From Azolla caroliniana (Eukaryota; Plantae; Polypodiophyta): DNA of 64,000 nt. This document shows positions 13,801-27,926 of this stretch, one piece after another (positions within the stretch are counted from its first letter, which is position 1; each line of letters opens with the position of its first letter). The translations under genes were made by a program, and so were the position numbers. A model generated the notes under the pieces. That model saw only the letters and a list, made by a program, of their open reading frames with translations, was not told the DNA's origin and made no database searches. The DNA is taken from contig JBHGNT010000007.1 of the NCBI GenBank assembly GCA_043228905.1, forward strand, positions 6,696,001 to 6,760,000. The letters run 5' to 3'.

Positions 13801-14214
13801 GAAACACCAGAGTATATTAGTTATACTACGAATAACAGGCCTCTGCCAAGAACACAATCTCAACCTAGGGCATGGAGACCCGATGATGAATGCCGACCTA
13901 GTTCTCTTCCTAGCCTTAGCAAACAGAACAGCTTTCCTCCACAAACACCATGGAAAGAACACCTACTATTCAATAATCATGATGGTGATGAGGTATCTCA
14001 AGAATTACTTTATAATAAGTCGGTGCCTTCTCTATGTCCAATATGTGCAGAAGAGCTTGACCAAACCGACTCTTCATTTGAACCTTGTTCTTGTGGATTC
14101 CAACTCTGCCTCTTTTGTCATCATAGAATTGCCTGTGATGATGGTAGGTGCCCTGGGTGTAGGAAATTTTATGTTGCAAAACCAGTTGCTGCTCGTAATG
14201 GTATAAGAGGCTAA
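10825..14214 (+). CDS. NOT4-like C4C4 RING-finger protein (putative E3 ligase), 3 coding exons, about 415 aa
   Basis: Exons 10825-10941, 11143-11209 and 13151-14214, with GT-AG introns and consistent phases (1248 nt). N-terminal motif NRNAKLKQCKLDARREQWLSQ, central DDWEAAADAL and RAWRPDD, and C-terminal CPICAEELDQTDSSFEPCSCGFQLCLFCHHRI...DGRCPGCRK are typical of plant short NOT4-like RING proteins. Confidence 0.92.
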
Positions 14215-15652
14215 AAGGTTGCTATGGTTTCGCATAGGCTCATCTGGTTGAACTAATGTTATAATGTAGGAATCTTCAGACTAATAGTCATGTAGGTATA
14301 TTGTAGATTTTGCCTAATGAATGTATATGCCATAATTATGATCCATAATTTGTTTCTCTAGTCATTTATATTGCAAATGGAACCTAATTGACATCCTTTG
14401 TTTTGCTATGTACATGGCCTTATATCTCAGTTGATTGTGTAGACTCAAAGATGTATATAGGAGAGATTCTTGGGGTATATGGGATTGTTCTCGTTCTTAT
14501 ATTTTTTAGACAGGTTGTCTTAAACAAGAATGAGTTTTCGGTCATAAAGAGATTGAAACCAGAACAATCAAATCAAGCTTGTAGTGTTTGGAATATGTAT
14601 TTTCTAGTACCTTTGGACCATACATTTGAAGTGTAATAGCAGGTTATATTTTGTTGTGAATGTGTTGTAGAACATTGTGAGCATTTTCTATGGCAAATCA
14701 AGCTTTGAAATCAGGCATAGATGGAAATGTTGAGATACTGCGATCGTTTTATATGTGAATTTGATTATATGTTTTTTGTCCTGATCTCATGGTTATATTT
14801 AAGCTCAAAACCATCACAGCATTTAATACCAATTCAAGGTAATGACACATGTTGAACATTTTAGGGCGTGTTCATGGTCTCATGGTTATACTTAACTCAA
14901 AACCATCAGAGCATTTACTACCAATTCGAGCTAATGGCACATTTTAGGGTTCACTCAAGAGTTGCTGAGGGAAGCATATCCATCATATTTTACATTTCTT
15001 TAATAATTTAGAACTCATTTACAAACAAATTTTTCAAACAAATGGTCATTTGTTTACATTGTTTTTAAGGTGCAAAGATGTTTGAGATTTTGAGAGTAAA
15101 CAGGTTAATAATACAAAACAAAATGATTATAATGTGTATGGGTTGAGATTGATAGTGATTTGAGGGTTAACAAGTAAATGGAATGCTTCCTCTTAACCAT
15201 GGCAAAATAATGCTAAACTATGTATACAAATCTTGAGTCAATGCCATGCTTACAGGGGTTTTCAGAACTGTATTCAGTGTTCACCATTCATTTAACAAGA
15301 GACTCTACCCTCTGCAGTACATTACGCTCCAAGGTTGTCTAACATAATGTTACCAATTCCCTCATTAACTTTTTTGAATAGGATATTTGCCCTCATATGA
15401 GCAATGGTTACAAAGGAGATTGTAAGAAAATTAATAAGATTGAATAACTATCACATATTGGACATATTGGAGATCAAATAGAACATTAATCCTCTACGGG
15501 GACCTCTTGGTTCATGGATTTGATTCATGTATGATAAGAGGATAAAACATAATAGCTTAGAAAAAGAATATCATCATGCACATATAATATTAAGAATGAT
15601 CTTGTGTCAATAAATTGCCACCCCTGCAGCAAAACCCAGTAAATCTAACTTC

Positions 15653-18600
15653 TTAATCCAAATAAAAGAGTGTTACTATCTTCCGAAGATTTTTCGCTTC
15701 CCAGCATGTCTCCAATAAGAGTTTACTGTCATGAAAAGCAAAGCATATCACCTGCTGAACATGTGATAGAATGTCCATATTGCAAATCCTGAAGACAAAC
15801 AAAAGGAATCAAGAAATACACCAAGTCATACTGGAGAGATTATAGAAAGATATATCCTATCAGAGTTAAGAAACGATGTGCAAGAGAACTCAAGTTTATT
15901 GATTGAAGCAATCCCAATTTGTTGATGTTTTGTGATTAACATTATTATATCAGTCAAAACAGGATACCTGCTTGCTTCGACGAGAGGAAGACTATCATTA
16001 TGAGGCATCTCTATAACGTTTTGAACCTTACATAAAGAAAATGTACATTTTTCAGAAGTATTCTAAAGTATTAAATATCTTATTTCAGAGAATACCAGAA
16101 ATTATCTCAAAGTTCTTACTTTCAATAGCAATTCCTGGCTTTCCGGAGGTTGTTTCTTTAGACTATGAGGCAAAATAACTGTCAATAAATCTGGCCTTTC
16201 AGCTCTCAATGCACCACGAATAACTGCAGCATTTGTGCCTGAAGCTCCTGAGGTGAAAACATGATTTTTCTACATGCATAAAAGCAGAGACATTAAAGTT
16301 AGGGTGTAATATTAAAGTTAATAAGACTCCATCTAAGCTAAAATCCTATATATTTGTAGTGTGAGATGCCCAAAAGTTAGGGTGTAATAATAGGGTTACC
16401 ATATTCAGACCGAATTATTGCATACATACCGTGATCACCATCGCATAACTGAGCACTTCAATGAGTTGTTGATGTGTAAAACCCATATTTCTTGTTCCAA
16501 AGAATCCAATGGCAGTAGGTCCTTGTTGTTGTATTGCCAAGAGTTCCTGTTCATAGAATGATAACAAACCATTATTATAATGTCTACACACACATGCCAC
16601 AATTTAAAATTTCCACAATCTTTTTCATTGTATTTATATCAATTGCTTACATAATTCTAATCTTCTATATTCTGGCTAGAATATTTGACAAAAATATAGT
16701 AAGGCACAATCAGAAAACCTAGTTCACTAACACTCTGCTCCACCAACCAGCATAATAAAATATTAATATGCAACAAAAAAGTCAAACAATGAGAAATAGC
16801 ATTTAAGGGTACATTTAGAATAGTGTCAACCTAATCTTCCTGGAACTACATTTATGCATGTATACCTTTGTGCTTGTTTCAGGCAGTTTGAAACCTTGTG
16901 ATGTATATTATTGTGATTTCAATATATTAAAAATCCAATGTCCTATATTCCTAATGTTACAACCACACTCCCCAAATCAATTAATTAACCTAACAAACAT
17001 GAAGATTGCTACAATTTGACCAGGCACCCAATCATAATTCCCCAAGCTGAGTGTCTACGTCCAAACAGTGAACAGGGCCATCAGATGAATCATGAAACAG
17101 CGAACAGGGCCAACCACAAGGATTAATTGCCACAACCCTCAGGTTTACGTCCAAACCAGTCATCCAGAGTGTCTTAAGGAAAATAATCACCCACACACCA
17201 ATGGACCTACTCTAGTCTTCAAATTCCCAAGTCCTAATTACCTAGTTATCCATATGTTCATAAACATCTTACAGATGGTTGTTTGACTGATGAGAGTGAG
17301 GCCGGATAAAGACAAAATGTTGCAAATTTGTTAAGTCTTCCTTGACATGCCAATCTTACAAAATGAAAATATCAACAAAATATGCAGTTCTCCTACCTGC
17401 AAGTAATCCAAATCTGGTATAACCCTAAACTCTGGTTCTGCTGTAGCTGTACCAAGAACAACAGCTTCAGTTTGAGAAATGAGTTCATCTCCATAAGCAT
17501 GCAACCTCCATCTTCCATTTTGAGAACTCTCTTTCTCAATCGCATATAGTTTTTTCCGGCTGCTCCTCTCCAGACTACCTACACTGCACTAAATTGTTGT
17601 CATAAGATGTTGCTCAAGTATTCATATGGCTTAACATTAGAACAGTAAAATGTCAACTCACAAATAAGAGATAAGTGTAGGGTCAAAACCATTATCAAGA
17701 AATAAAAGCAAGAAATAAAATAAATATCATAGAAATAGTTTGGCACTTCTTAAAATCTAATTACTTGAGCTACATTGCTTCGGTATATTAAAACACAGTT
17801 TTCTATGGAAACATCTTTGGCTAGAGATATTTGCATATGATGTTGTGTTACCATCATAGTGAAGAGGGAATTTCTCTCATAGACAGAATTTCTATACCTG
17901 AAGATAATGTGCATGTCCCAAAAACAATTTGTATTCATTATGTATCCTTTCATGACATAGACATAATCAATCACTAACACTAATGGCTCTGGCTACTTGT
18001 ATTCACAAGGGTTTCGGAGTAAAACCAACTCAACAATGAAAAGTGGTTTTGTAATGATGACGTCACCTAGACAATTCATTAAAATGTTATGAATTAATGA
18101 ATTCCAAAACTTTAGACGTCTACTTGATTGTAATCCAGATATCCATCCTTATGTTGAAGCTTAAAACCCTAGGTCATTCCGTTAGCTATGATATTCCTGT
18201 CTTTGGTCTTTTTTCCAGTATGTGAAGGAATAACCTAATGAAATATTAGCAATGATGCTACAAAGATACTGTATCCACGCTGATTTAATTTCATTACTAG
18301 TTATAAGATATTACCAATAGTCATGGCCATCACACTTCATCATGAATAGAGATGCATAACTTGCAATTAAAAATCTATTACAAGACCTAACATAGTTTTT
18401 GATAACATGTAATGGTGGTACAAGCATGCCCAAAAGCATTGACAATTCTTGCAATTATGTAGGTTATGGAACATTTGAATGCAGAGGTGGATATGGAGCT
18501 ATAAGTCTCTCATTTTACCATTGAAACATTTGAAGATGTTAAGAGTGAACTGACCCAGTTTCTTCGTGGAATAATCTCATGGTGGCTGAAATGGTGCATA

Positions 18601-19536
18601 AGTAGATTTAATTGAGCAGAACAAGACACAAAAGTATAAGTGTAAACACCATGCAATTTACGTTTCTCAAATCATCTCTTATTTTACCATCAAAGGTGTA
18701 TTTCATCCTTTGAAATCCTCTTGCGGAAAACCTTTTCCGGGTTTTCCATTTGCTATTGCAAAAGGAAGAAAGTTTCCCATTTCAATACCATATTAGATAG
18801 CAGTCGAAAAATCTTTTGCTGGTAGTTCTTCAGGGTCATATATTCAAGCCATGTTAGAAGATACAGAATCAACATCATTTTTCCCAAATTAGTAAGGATT
18901 TCTCAAGTTATCTAAAGGCATGATATACTCAAGATATGTTAAAAAATATGGCATCAACATCATTCCCAAATTAGTGAATTTTTCACAACTTATATAAAAG
19001 CATGATATATCGAGATATGTTAGAAAATATGGCATCCATATCATTCCCAAATTAGTAAGTTTTTCCCAAGTTATCTAAAAGTATGCATATTTTGCAATAA
19101 GGGACTTCACCAAAAGGTTATAAACATTCGTCTGGATTTATTGGAGGAAAAAAACCGTTCCTAAAGAGTATTCCCAATATTTGAAGGTTTTTACTTTAAA
19201 GCATCTTGAGATTTAAAGATTTAAAGTTGAAATATTTTAATTTTGCAACTGCACACTAAACATACAAAAGAAAAAAGGAAAAAATGCCATAGCCGAAACC
19301 AGGTCTCATCTCAACTGTATAATAAGAAGAAGAAAAAAGAAAGAAAAACTTCGAGAAACCGTAGGTGTAACGTGAACATTTGATGAAACAGAAAACCAAT
19401 GAACCAACCTGTGATGGGGGATGACATCTATTCTATGGAAAGGAGAAGAAGCTGAAACATGGGCAGCAGAACTCATGAAGAAGAAATCGGATAGGTAAGC
19501 AGAGTGCTGCGCGCACAGAGGAGGAGAAACCATCAT
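15653..19536 (-). CDS. DprA/Smf (SLOG)-like plastid protein of cyanobacterial type, 6 exons, about 258 aa
   Basis: Exons 19536-19409, 17583-17397, 16546-16430, 16269-16120, 16026-15968 and 15788-15653 (777 nt). The core DYLQELLAIQQQGPTAIGFFGTRNMGFTHQQLIEVLSYAMVITKNHVFTSGASGTNAAVIRGALRAERPDLLTVILP...CFAFHDSKLLLETCWEAKNLRKIVTLFYLD matches the conserved plant/cyanobacterial family annotated as DNA recombination-mediator protein A. The N-terminus is Ser-rich and transit-peptide-like. The first two exon boundaries are less certain. Confidence 0.88.
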
Positions 19537-19617
19537 CGCCACAGCTTCGTCAGTGAAGACACAATATATAAAATATCTTCTGTTTGTTTCAGGTTCAAAC
19601 TTGAAAAGCAACCCAAA

Positions 19618-19619
<2 letters not shown>

Positions 19620-19658
<39 letters not shown>

Positions 19659-19778
19659 ATATAGAAAATGTTGGAGAGAAATTCACATCTTACTATTCGG
19701 CTCAGGCTCCGGCTCAAGCTCCGGCTCCGGCTCAGGCTTAGGCTCAAGCTTTAGGCTCAAGCTCCGGCTCTGGCTCCC
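19620..19778. repeat. (GA)n microsatellite followed by a GGCTCM hexamer array upstream of the DprA-like start codon
   Basis: (GA)n at about 19622-19657, and about 13 units of GGCTCA/GGCTCC/AGCTCC at about 19699-19777. Confidence 0.85.
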
Positions 19779-22695
19779 ATTTACACTCTTTGTGTGTGCC
19801 GATGCAATTGAATGTATTTGTTCAGATCAGTGACATGGCTCCGGCCAGAGCTCTAATAAAATACAAATAAAAAGAGGATCTTGAAAGCTTCCTTCCTTCG
19901 TATGAAGACTTGACAAGTCGCAAAAACGTCTTCGCTTGGACCTCGATGGCCCTTTGTTTTCACATTTCGTGTCCATTCGAGATGCTAGAAGACTTTGAGA
20001 ACCCTTATGTTGAACAACTAGAGGTGCATTCACAAGTCATGACATCTCTGATTAGTAGGCCTGAAATAGCTTTAGGCGAGCTCACAAAATGAGAAGTGAG
20101 CATACAACATGTGGTGATGAGCGTTTGGAGAGGTAACCCAAAGATGGGAACATGCATGTGAAAGAATGTATCTTTCGGGAAGAATCAAGTGAATGTGCTT
20201 TGGTCTTTATCATGAATAGACGAAGACAATTGACAATTCATATCCAACTCGGTCATTGAAGGTGTTATTTGCCACACCAAGGGAAACGTGCATTTTCTTC
20301 TCTATCCGCACAACCTTTGTGATTTATGGAATATTGGTTGGTATGAGTTTGAATCCTTGTTAGCATCCTTAAACACTATAGACTCCACCCCACTTTTCTG
20401 ACCTCTCAATCACTTTTGTCACATAAGTGGGAACCCAACCAAAGACAAATGACCAAAGAGGTATTTGAGTCAACAACACACTTTGTTGAAAGTTAACATT
20501 TGATAGGAGAATGATATCTTTTATGTACGTTTGCAGTAAGTGTGAAAAGGATCGATTTTATGTTCTCATTTGCCAGAATGACATCTTTTATTTTCTAAAC
20601 AATTTATCTGCTTAAAAATAATTGATTGTTGATTGCAAAACAAAGACTTCATTTTTATATGGAACTATTTCTTGATTTAGATTGGGAAATTTGGAGATCA
20701 ACACGTATTATAGGTGGTGACATTTGTTCAAATAAAGATGAAAAGAATCTTTCATTGAATAAAAAATTAGGCACTTCTAAATCATTTCCATGTTGCATCT
20801 TGACATATAGAGGGATATCGATACATGAATATTATGTGTGACTATGTCATATGACATCCTAGCATGTTATTGACTGCTTATAGTTCATGTTTTGTTAAGC
20901 ATGAAAGTAACACAATCAACACGGATGGCATTGTACTAGAAATGAAAGGTTGAGCACTAACTTTACCGCTCAACCAACTGAAGCTAAATGTTAAAGAACA
21001 TTGCTTTGATAATGAATGCAACTACCTAAATGAGTAGTTTTGCCTAGGGAATACAAGCACAACTCAAATGATATCCTCATGGGTGCAGAGGCAAGGATAG
21101 CCTTGCCTAAATTCCATAATTTTTGTTGTTCTAACATAATGCTTGATTTGCTTGAATGCCTTTATTGTAAATCTACAATACTTTCTTGATGGGGGTGCAT
21201 ATAGTCATGAAGACATCACCTTAACTATATTTTGCATTGGACCTCTTGTTAAAACTTGGCTACATGATGAGCTTGTAAGTTGTATCTCTCTTACCATTAG
21301 ATATACATGCATGGCCTTGTAATTATTATCATTTGCTCTTTGTATGTGGTTATATTATATGCTTGTATGTTCTTGGTCTATGGGAACCACCATCCCTTAT
21401 AATGTTTTTGTTTTAGCCTAACTTCCCACTCCTCTCATGCAACCCATCTTGCTAGACACATAATTTGGGCTGCTAGAACTAACAAACAATAAGCCATCAA
21501 CATGTGAAGGGGCATTGGTCCAACAAGGCTTCTATGTATGGTTGGCAACCAAGGCTTAACCAATCTCTCCTCCACACTCTTATACTATTGGCATTGGAGG
21601 ATACCATCTCCCACAATACATAAACCTATCACTTGACCATTCAAAGATAACATTCACTCTCTCACACATACACCACTCACACGGAGTAACCCTCAATGAC
21701 TAGATTTAAGTATTTATTGACCCATGTGGGCGTTTCAATATTTTTCCTCTTATCAAGAAGTGGGAAAATATTAAACGATCGGGGGTTACCATCCTGTTTG
21801 TTAATGAATCTACACTTGACCATATTGGCTCGAGAGTGTTTTTCAAGTCAAACAACACAATGTGTGCATATTATTCTATCATGTATTCTGATCATTTGGA
21901 TGTATCAAGACTATCATATGTGCATATATGACCCAAATAACACATGTGCATATATGATTGTGTCATGTGTTTTTCCCATCATGCATATTCCAATTTGTTA
22001 ACAAATCTCCTTTTGCCACATTGAGCCAAAGTGCCTTTCGGTCCCCATTTCATGTAAACTTGGATCCACATTTTGAAAGTGAAGTACGAATCCAATAGAT
22101 AGAGTATGATTGCTCATCACTGCCCATAGAAAGAGAAGACTTTGGAGGATAGGCTTTGCTTTTGTAAAGTTCAAATAAATATACCATCACTTATATATTA
22201 TGTGCACACCCTATGCACCAGCACGGGAATTTTTCGCCATTGTAAGACATGGTTTAACAAAACATTATAAGCTCAAGTGCTTGCCAAGTAAATCAAGACA
22301 TGGTTTAACAAACATTATAAGCTTGAGTCCGTTACATTTCCCTTTTGGCAAAACAAAATACAGAAAGATGGCACCATTAATGATGCCATTATGTGAGTGA
22401 AATGAGAGAAGATGGGGGTGGTAGGAATGACAGTAAGTTCATACACGAACGACATTTTAATTTCAAGCTCCTAAGTGCTGCATGTCACAAAATCCTCTTG
22501 ATTATATTTTGTTCACTTCTTGGCAATGCCAATTCACAGCTATCAAAACAAAATTTGGGTAATATATTTATGTACACCAGCCTCCACCCTCCCTACATGA
22601 TATATCTATCTACCAATTAACGAAAGATGGGCTTTCAAATGAATGAATATATATGCCTAAGCAATGCTAACAAAATCTAAGAACAAAAAATAGAT

Positions 22696-25600
22696 TCAGC
22701 CCGATTTGTTGCCAACCCCAGTTGTCAATCCAAAGCCATAAGGAAACAAAGGGTCGTAGTTTTCGTCACCCCAATTCATAGGAAGTTGATCCACTCGCTT
22801 GAACCACGTCCTAGGGGACTTCCCTTGGAAATCATAGTCTCCGAACAACACATCAGCAACACCCGCTCCTTCGGTACCCGGAAGCCATGCGGCCACGAGA
22901 GCATTCATTGTCGGCAAATAAGGTTCTATCACCAATGGCCTTCCCGATATCAACACCACCACACACTTCAATGCGCCGCACACATTCTTTATCGTGTCGA
23001 GGCCATCTTGTGGTATCGTCAAATTGTCGCTGTCCCCGAACATCTCGGTGTATGTTGGCTCACCCACAACTACCACCGCATACGAGAATCCATTGCTCCC
23101 CACGAAGCCCGGGTCAGGCGAGACTTGGTACACCACTTGAGTCGTTGAGCTCACTGCACTCTTGATACCATCGAGGATAGTAGTCCCTATTAGATAAAAG
23201 GAGTGATTACTAGAATCAGCAGCAATGTTTTTTGTATATCATCAATCTGTTGGCTACTCAAATGTATGATGCTCAAAGTCTAGGCAAACAATAAATTAGT
23301 TTACAACCTTGATGGGTTTTTTACATACATAATGTTTCAGAAACCAGACTTTTTTTGCATCTACTTATAACTTGGAAAATCCTTTATTGTATATACATAC
23401 AATGGCAAACAGATATAATCCTCAATTTCTCAATTAACTGTAAATCACCAACCTTATCATACATATTCAAAAGGTTCTGATAAATATAAACCTTGTAAAT
23501 TCACTGCATACACAATACAATAATAACATACTACTAATACAGAGATGGTGAATAAACGAACATTGTACTTACCAACAGTAATGGCTCCGGGGCTCCCTTG
23601 CCAACCAATCGTCCACCCTCCACATTGCAAGCCTATGTCATTGGCATGGCTACCAGCCACAAGTATTTTGGATGCTGTCTTGCTTAAAGGCAACACACGA
23701 TCAGTTGCACCATTATTACCATTCTTCAATAGAACCAATGACTTCCTTACAGCTTCTCGAGCAACATTCCTGTGCTCTTGGTTCCCAACCATTCCCAACA
23801 AACTTCTATCTGCATAGGGCTTCTCAAATAATCCAGCTCCAAATTTAACTCGTAGAATTCTTCGCACAGCATCATCGATCCGGTCATGGCTTATACTTCC
23901 TGAGTTCACTTGCTCCATGACAATGTTGATGAATTCTTGATAATTGAATGGAACCATCACCTAAATTTAAAATGGCAAGAAAACTATCAACGTCATATGC
24001 CAAGCTAAGTGAATTCAACAAAATTAATTGCGTCCAATCAGGAATCTTCTTACCATATCCAACCCAGCATTGAGCGCCAGATTCACACTGTTGCTGTAGT
24101 TTGTATTCGCTGGAGTGGCAATCCGGTCGACTGCCTCCCAATCCGATATTGTGAAACCCTATCGAGATCAACAAAGGAGCAGCTATAGAGATCACAAAAG
24201 AAAACCTGGAAATATTTGAATTGAATATTGTTATTACCTGAAAGCCCATTCTTTGCTTCAATATGTGGTTAATCAGGTACTGATTTGCACTCATCTTCAC
24301 GCCATTCCAGCTTGAATAAGAGATCATAATGGTGGATACACCATATGCAATGGCATCATAGTAAGGGCGCAAATGGATGCTTCGAAGTGATTTATACGAG
24401 GCAACCGTGTTACTTTCATCAATACCACCAGTTGTTCCACCATCACCAACAAAATGCTTAGCACAAGAAACAACATTGGATCTGAGGAAGAAACCAACAC
24501 AGATCAAAAACTGCACTTACAACACTAGGATACATGAAATATAACTTATTTTATCGGTAAGGGATATTAGGATTCATACCCTCCTCCAACATAAGGCAAT
24601 CCTTTGGGATACCCTTGAGGGGGTGTTCCTTGAAGGCCAAGAATAATCTGCGCCATTTGTTGGACAAGTTTAGGATCTTCACTGTAACTCTCATAGCATC
24701 TGCCCCACCTTGGATCCCTAGCAACCTATTCAAAAATCATCAGCCATGATATTTTGTGAGAAAACATCAGCCAGCACCTCCTTGTCGGGTGATATAGAGA
24801 TCTTCAAAATCAAGAAATTCACTCACCGCTATACAAGGTGCGAAAGCATAAGGTATTCCAGTAGCCCTGACTTCCAAGGCAGTAGCGGCACCAATTCTTT
24901 GAACCAGCTCAGGGTCTCTGAGGATGGATACAATGATTAGACAGCAATCCAAAGGAATTCCAAGGTGAACATCATTGAGTTTTTTTTCTTTACTTCCTCA
25001 GTTATTTCATATGGTTTCCCTATATATAATGATCACTCACCTAGTGGCTCCAAGGCCAATGTTATGTGGGAAGATAGTGGCTCCGTACACATTGTTATGA
25101 CCATGAACAGCATCAATGCCATAGATTATAGGGATTCCTAATCGAGTACTTAAGGCGGCGTTCTGAAATCCATCCACCATGTCTGCCCAAGCACTTGGGG
25201 GTGCATTTGGGAATGGTGCACTTCCTCCACCACTCAACACACTACCTGCTTATTCATTAAAAGGGTTAGAAACCCATGGATGAAACAAAATGACAATGCA
25301 GGCAAGAATCAAACCATGTTTGAGATGCATCATGCGTTAATGAAGACGAATGGTGTATTAATAATGAATTATGCTATCTCAATCAAGAAAAGAAATATGG
25401 TTCTCCAGGTCTGCATGAAGAATGTGATAATAATGACATTATCGTAAACGTTGATTGATGTACAGTTCGCCAAGATTGATCATGGCATCAACAATGCATG
25501 GATCAGGAATCAACCATATATGAGGATCTCTTGGGCTATAACAAAAACTGTGGCCCAAGGTGAGATCTGTTCTTTGACATGCAAACTGTGTATTAAATAA

Positions 25601-26789
25601 GTGTTTAACCAGGAGATACGTAGTGATGTTCCTCAGGCGAGCATAATTCACTCGGATTAAGTAGTTCAGGGGTTAAGCTTACTCCATGGAAATGTTTATG
25701 TCCAACTATGATTAAGCAATTCTAAACAACAGAAATAGCATCAAATAATCACGCCTTCAGTTCAGAGTGGAATGTTTTCAATTCAAGCAAAATAAATGCA
25801 ATACGCTCATAGAATCATTAATATGCACACATATGACGAAATAGTTCGGGTCGAAAATGAAGCACGATTTCATCAAGAGATGGAAAGAACTCGTTTCTTG
25901 TAAGCATAACTATCACTACCTAGCAGATGAATCAGGCGTTAATTGAGGTACACGAGCCAAAAACTCTCAAGATTTTATAACAAGTGAAGCTGGACGATCC
26001 TTTTAAACATGCACTATGACGCAAAGAAAGTATATACTCAGTTCCAGGAAGAAATGTACCATGGACGCGAGAATCAACCTTTTAAATGATGACATTAAAA
26101 ATGAATCATGCTCCATATGAATCAACCATTATCCATGGACTATACGATTTCAAGCACAGATGAAGGCATTACGGCCTAATATCGAAAAACACCATAATCA
26201 AAACGCTAAGGTTCCTTACATATGAAGAAAGTGCGCATTGTTTTCGAAACAAAACACATCTGAGTGAATGAATACGCGAATGCGGTGTCCTTATAATTAT
26301 TATAAAAATTCGAAAAGAAAATTTTAAAAAAATCACAAGAAGCAACACGAATAATTATAGAATCTTTAACGGCATAGAGATTGTACTATCCTAGCTGTAG
26401 CAAGCGTTAATGTATCTATTATTACCTATGAAGAAGTTCTGGACGACAGAATTGGCATTCTCCACCGTGCGCTCAATTTGAGTCATTTGACCTATTTTCT
26501 CAGCCAGAGTCATGCGAGAGAGTAAATCCTCCACTCGCTCATCCACAGACTTCGATGGATCCTTGTACAACAACAGAGAGGCGTCGTCTGCAGAAGCAAC
26601 ATCTAGCAGAGAACTGAAGGAAGCCATGAACGCTAGGGATTGCAAGAGGAAGAAGAGGAAGACAGTGTAGGAGTATCGAGCTTGCGGGGAAGAAAGAGAA
26701 GGGGAACGAAAAGAAGAAGAAGATGACGATGATGATAATGAAGCTATGGTTTTCTTCAGCAGAAACGGCTGGGAATCAAGAGGAGTCAT
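22696..26789 (-). CDS. Glycoside hydrolase family 3 beta-glucosidase / beta-D-glucan exohydrolase, 8 exons, about 677 aa
   Basis: Exons 26789-26426, 25245-25041, 24917-24827, 24725-24580, 24481-24238, 24158-24054, 23960-23573 and 23186-22696 (2034 nt, all phases consistent). Motifs include YKDP...[53 protein letters not shown], nucleophile ISDW, acid/base GEPTYTE and [12 protein letters not shown] downstream alternative ATG lies at 26627. Confidence 0.96.
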
Positions 26790-26895
26790 GGGAGCAGAGG
26801 AAGATGCAAAGGTCTGCAGGTTTTTGGTGGAGTTGAAGGGAAGAAGAGGGCTATGGTAGGACTGTAAGCTTCGAAAGAGAAGAATGCGTGCTGTG

Positions 26896-26906
26896 GTTTT
26901 ATATAG
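26896..26906 (-). promoter_or_regulatory. TATA box of the GH3 gene
   Basis: CTATATAAAAC on the minus strand about 110 bp upstream of the first ATG, followed by a CT-rich leader. Confidence 0.6.
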
Positions 26907-27555
26907 CCATTCTTTCTGCAGAAGAATCTCTGCACCATGAGAGAGAGAGAGGAGAGAGAGAGAGAGATGAAAATGGTACAGAACGGAAAGGGGTATTTGG
27001 GTAATTTGATGAAAGGGTATTTGTGTTAATTAATTAATTAATTAGATCCTCGGTGATCTAAAAATAATAATAATAATCGAGAAAGAAGATGTGTGTGTTT
27101 TATATTGTCTTTTATGTAGGTAAGGTCTCTGAAAGAAGAAAGAAGGGGGGGGGCCAATGTCGGTTTGGTAGATGAATATCGGTTTGGTTTGTATACATAC
27201 ATCGGTTTGGCTTGTATATATATATATATAATATGGTCGTCTTCTTTGCAAACGGAAGTTCCCAAGGGAGAAAGCTGCAAAAGGAGAGAGAGAATAAATA
27301 AATAAAATATAAATAAATAAAAAGAGAGATACGTTCTAGAGAGAGAAGTACGGTTTGGAGAGGGAGAGAGTGTGTCTGTGTGTGTGGAGTGGAGGGGCAG
27401 ATCTTAGAGCGAGAATCTAGAGAGAGACTGCGTGTACGTTAGAGAGAGAGAGAGAGAGGGAAAAAGAAATATATTAAATAAACAAAATAATAAATGGTTT
27501 TTTTTTAATATCAATTAAAGATGCATTTACTCCGATTCTTTATTGCCCCAATCAC

Positions 27556-27746
27556 GCATACACACATACATACATACATACATACATACATACATGTGTT
27601 TCTTTCTCTTTCCGTTTGTTTTCCTCGCATCTTCGGTTTGTTGTTTTCTTTTCAAGGCGTTTCTTCTTCTCTTTTCTGACGCACACATACATACATACAT
27701 ACATACATACTCTCTCATACATACATACATACATACATACATACAT
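27556..27746. repeat. (CATA)n microsatellite cluster
   Basis: Three CATA/TACA runs at about 27557-27595, 27686-27710 and 27716-27746. Confidence 0.9.
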
Positions 27747-27885
27747 TTATGGAATCCCCACAAATTTTTGGTTTCTCCTTCTCGCGCCTCTGCAAAGTCG
27801 ATCGGTCGGATGAGCCAAAATCAATAAAATTAAAATAAAATAAATAAGAACCAAATGTAGCAACGTCCGGGGGGGCGGAGCTGCG

Positions 27886-27926
27886 GGCACGTGGCATCCA
27901 GCTGGCGCGCGCTCGCTGACGTGTCG
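27886..27926. promoter_or_regulatory. ABRE/G-box pair with an intervening CGCGCG motif
   Basis: CACGTGGC at 27888-27895, CGCGCG at 27906-27911 and ACGTGTC at 27919-27925, in a GC-rich patch within AT/microsatellite DNA about 1 kb upstream of the GH3 TATA box. Confidence 0.5.
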
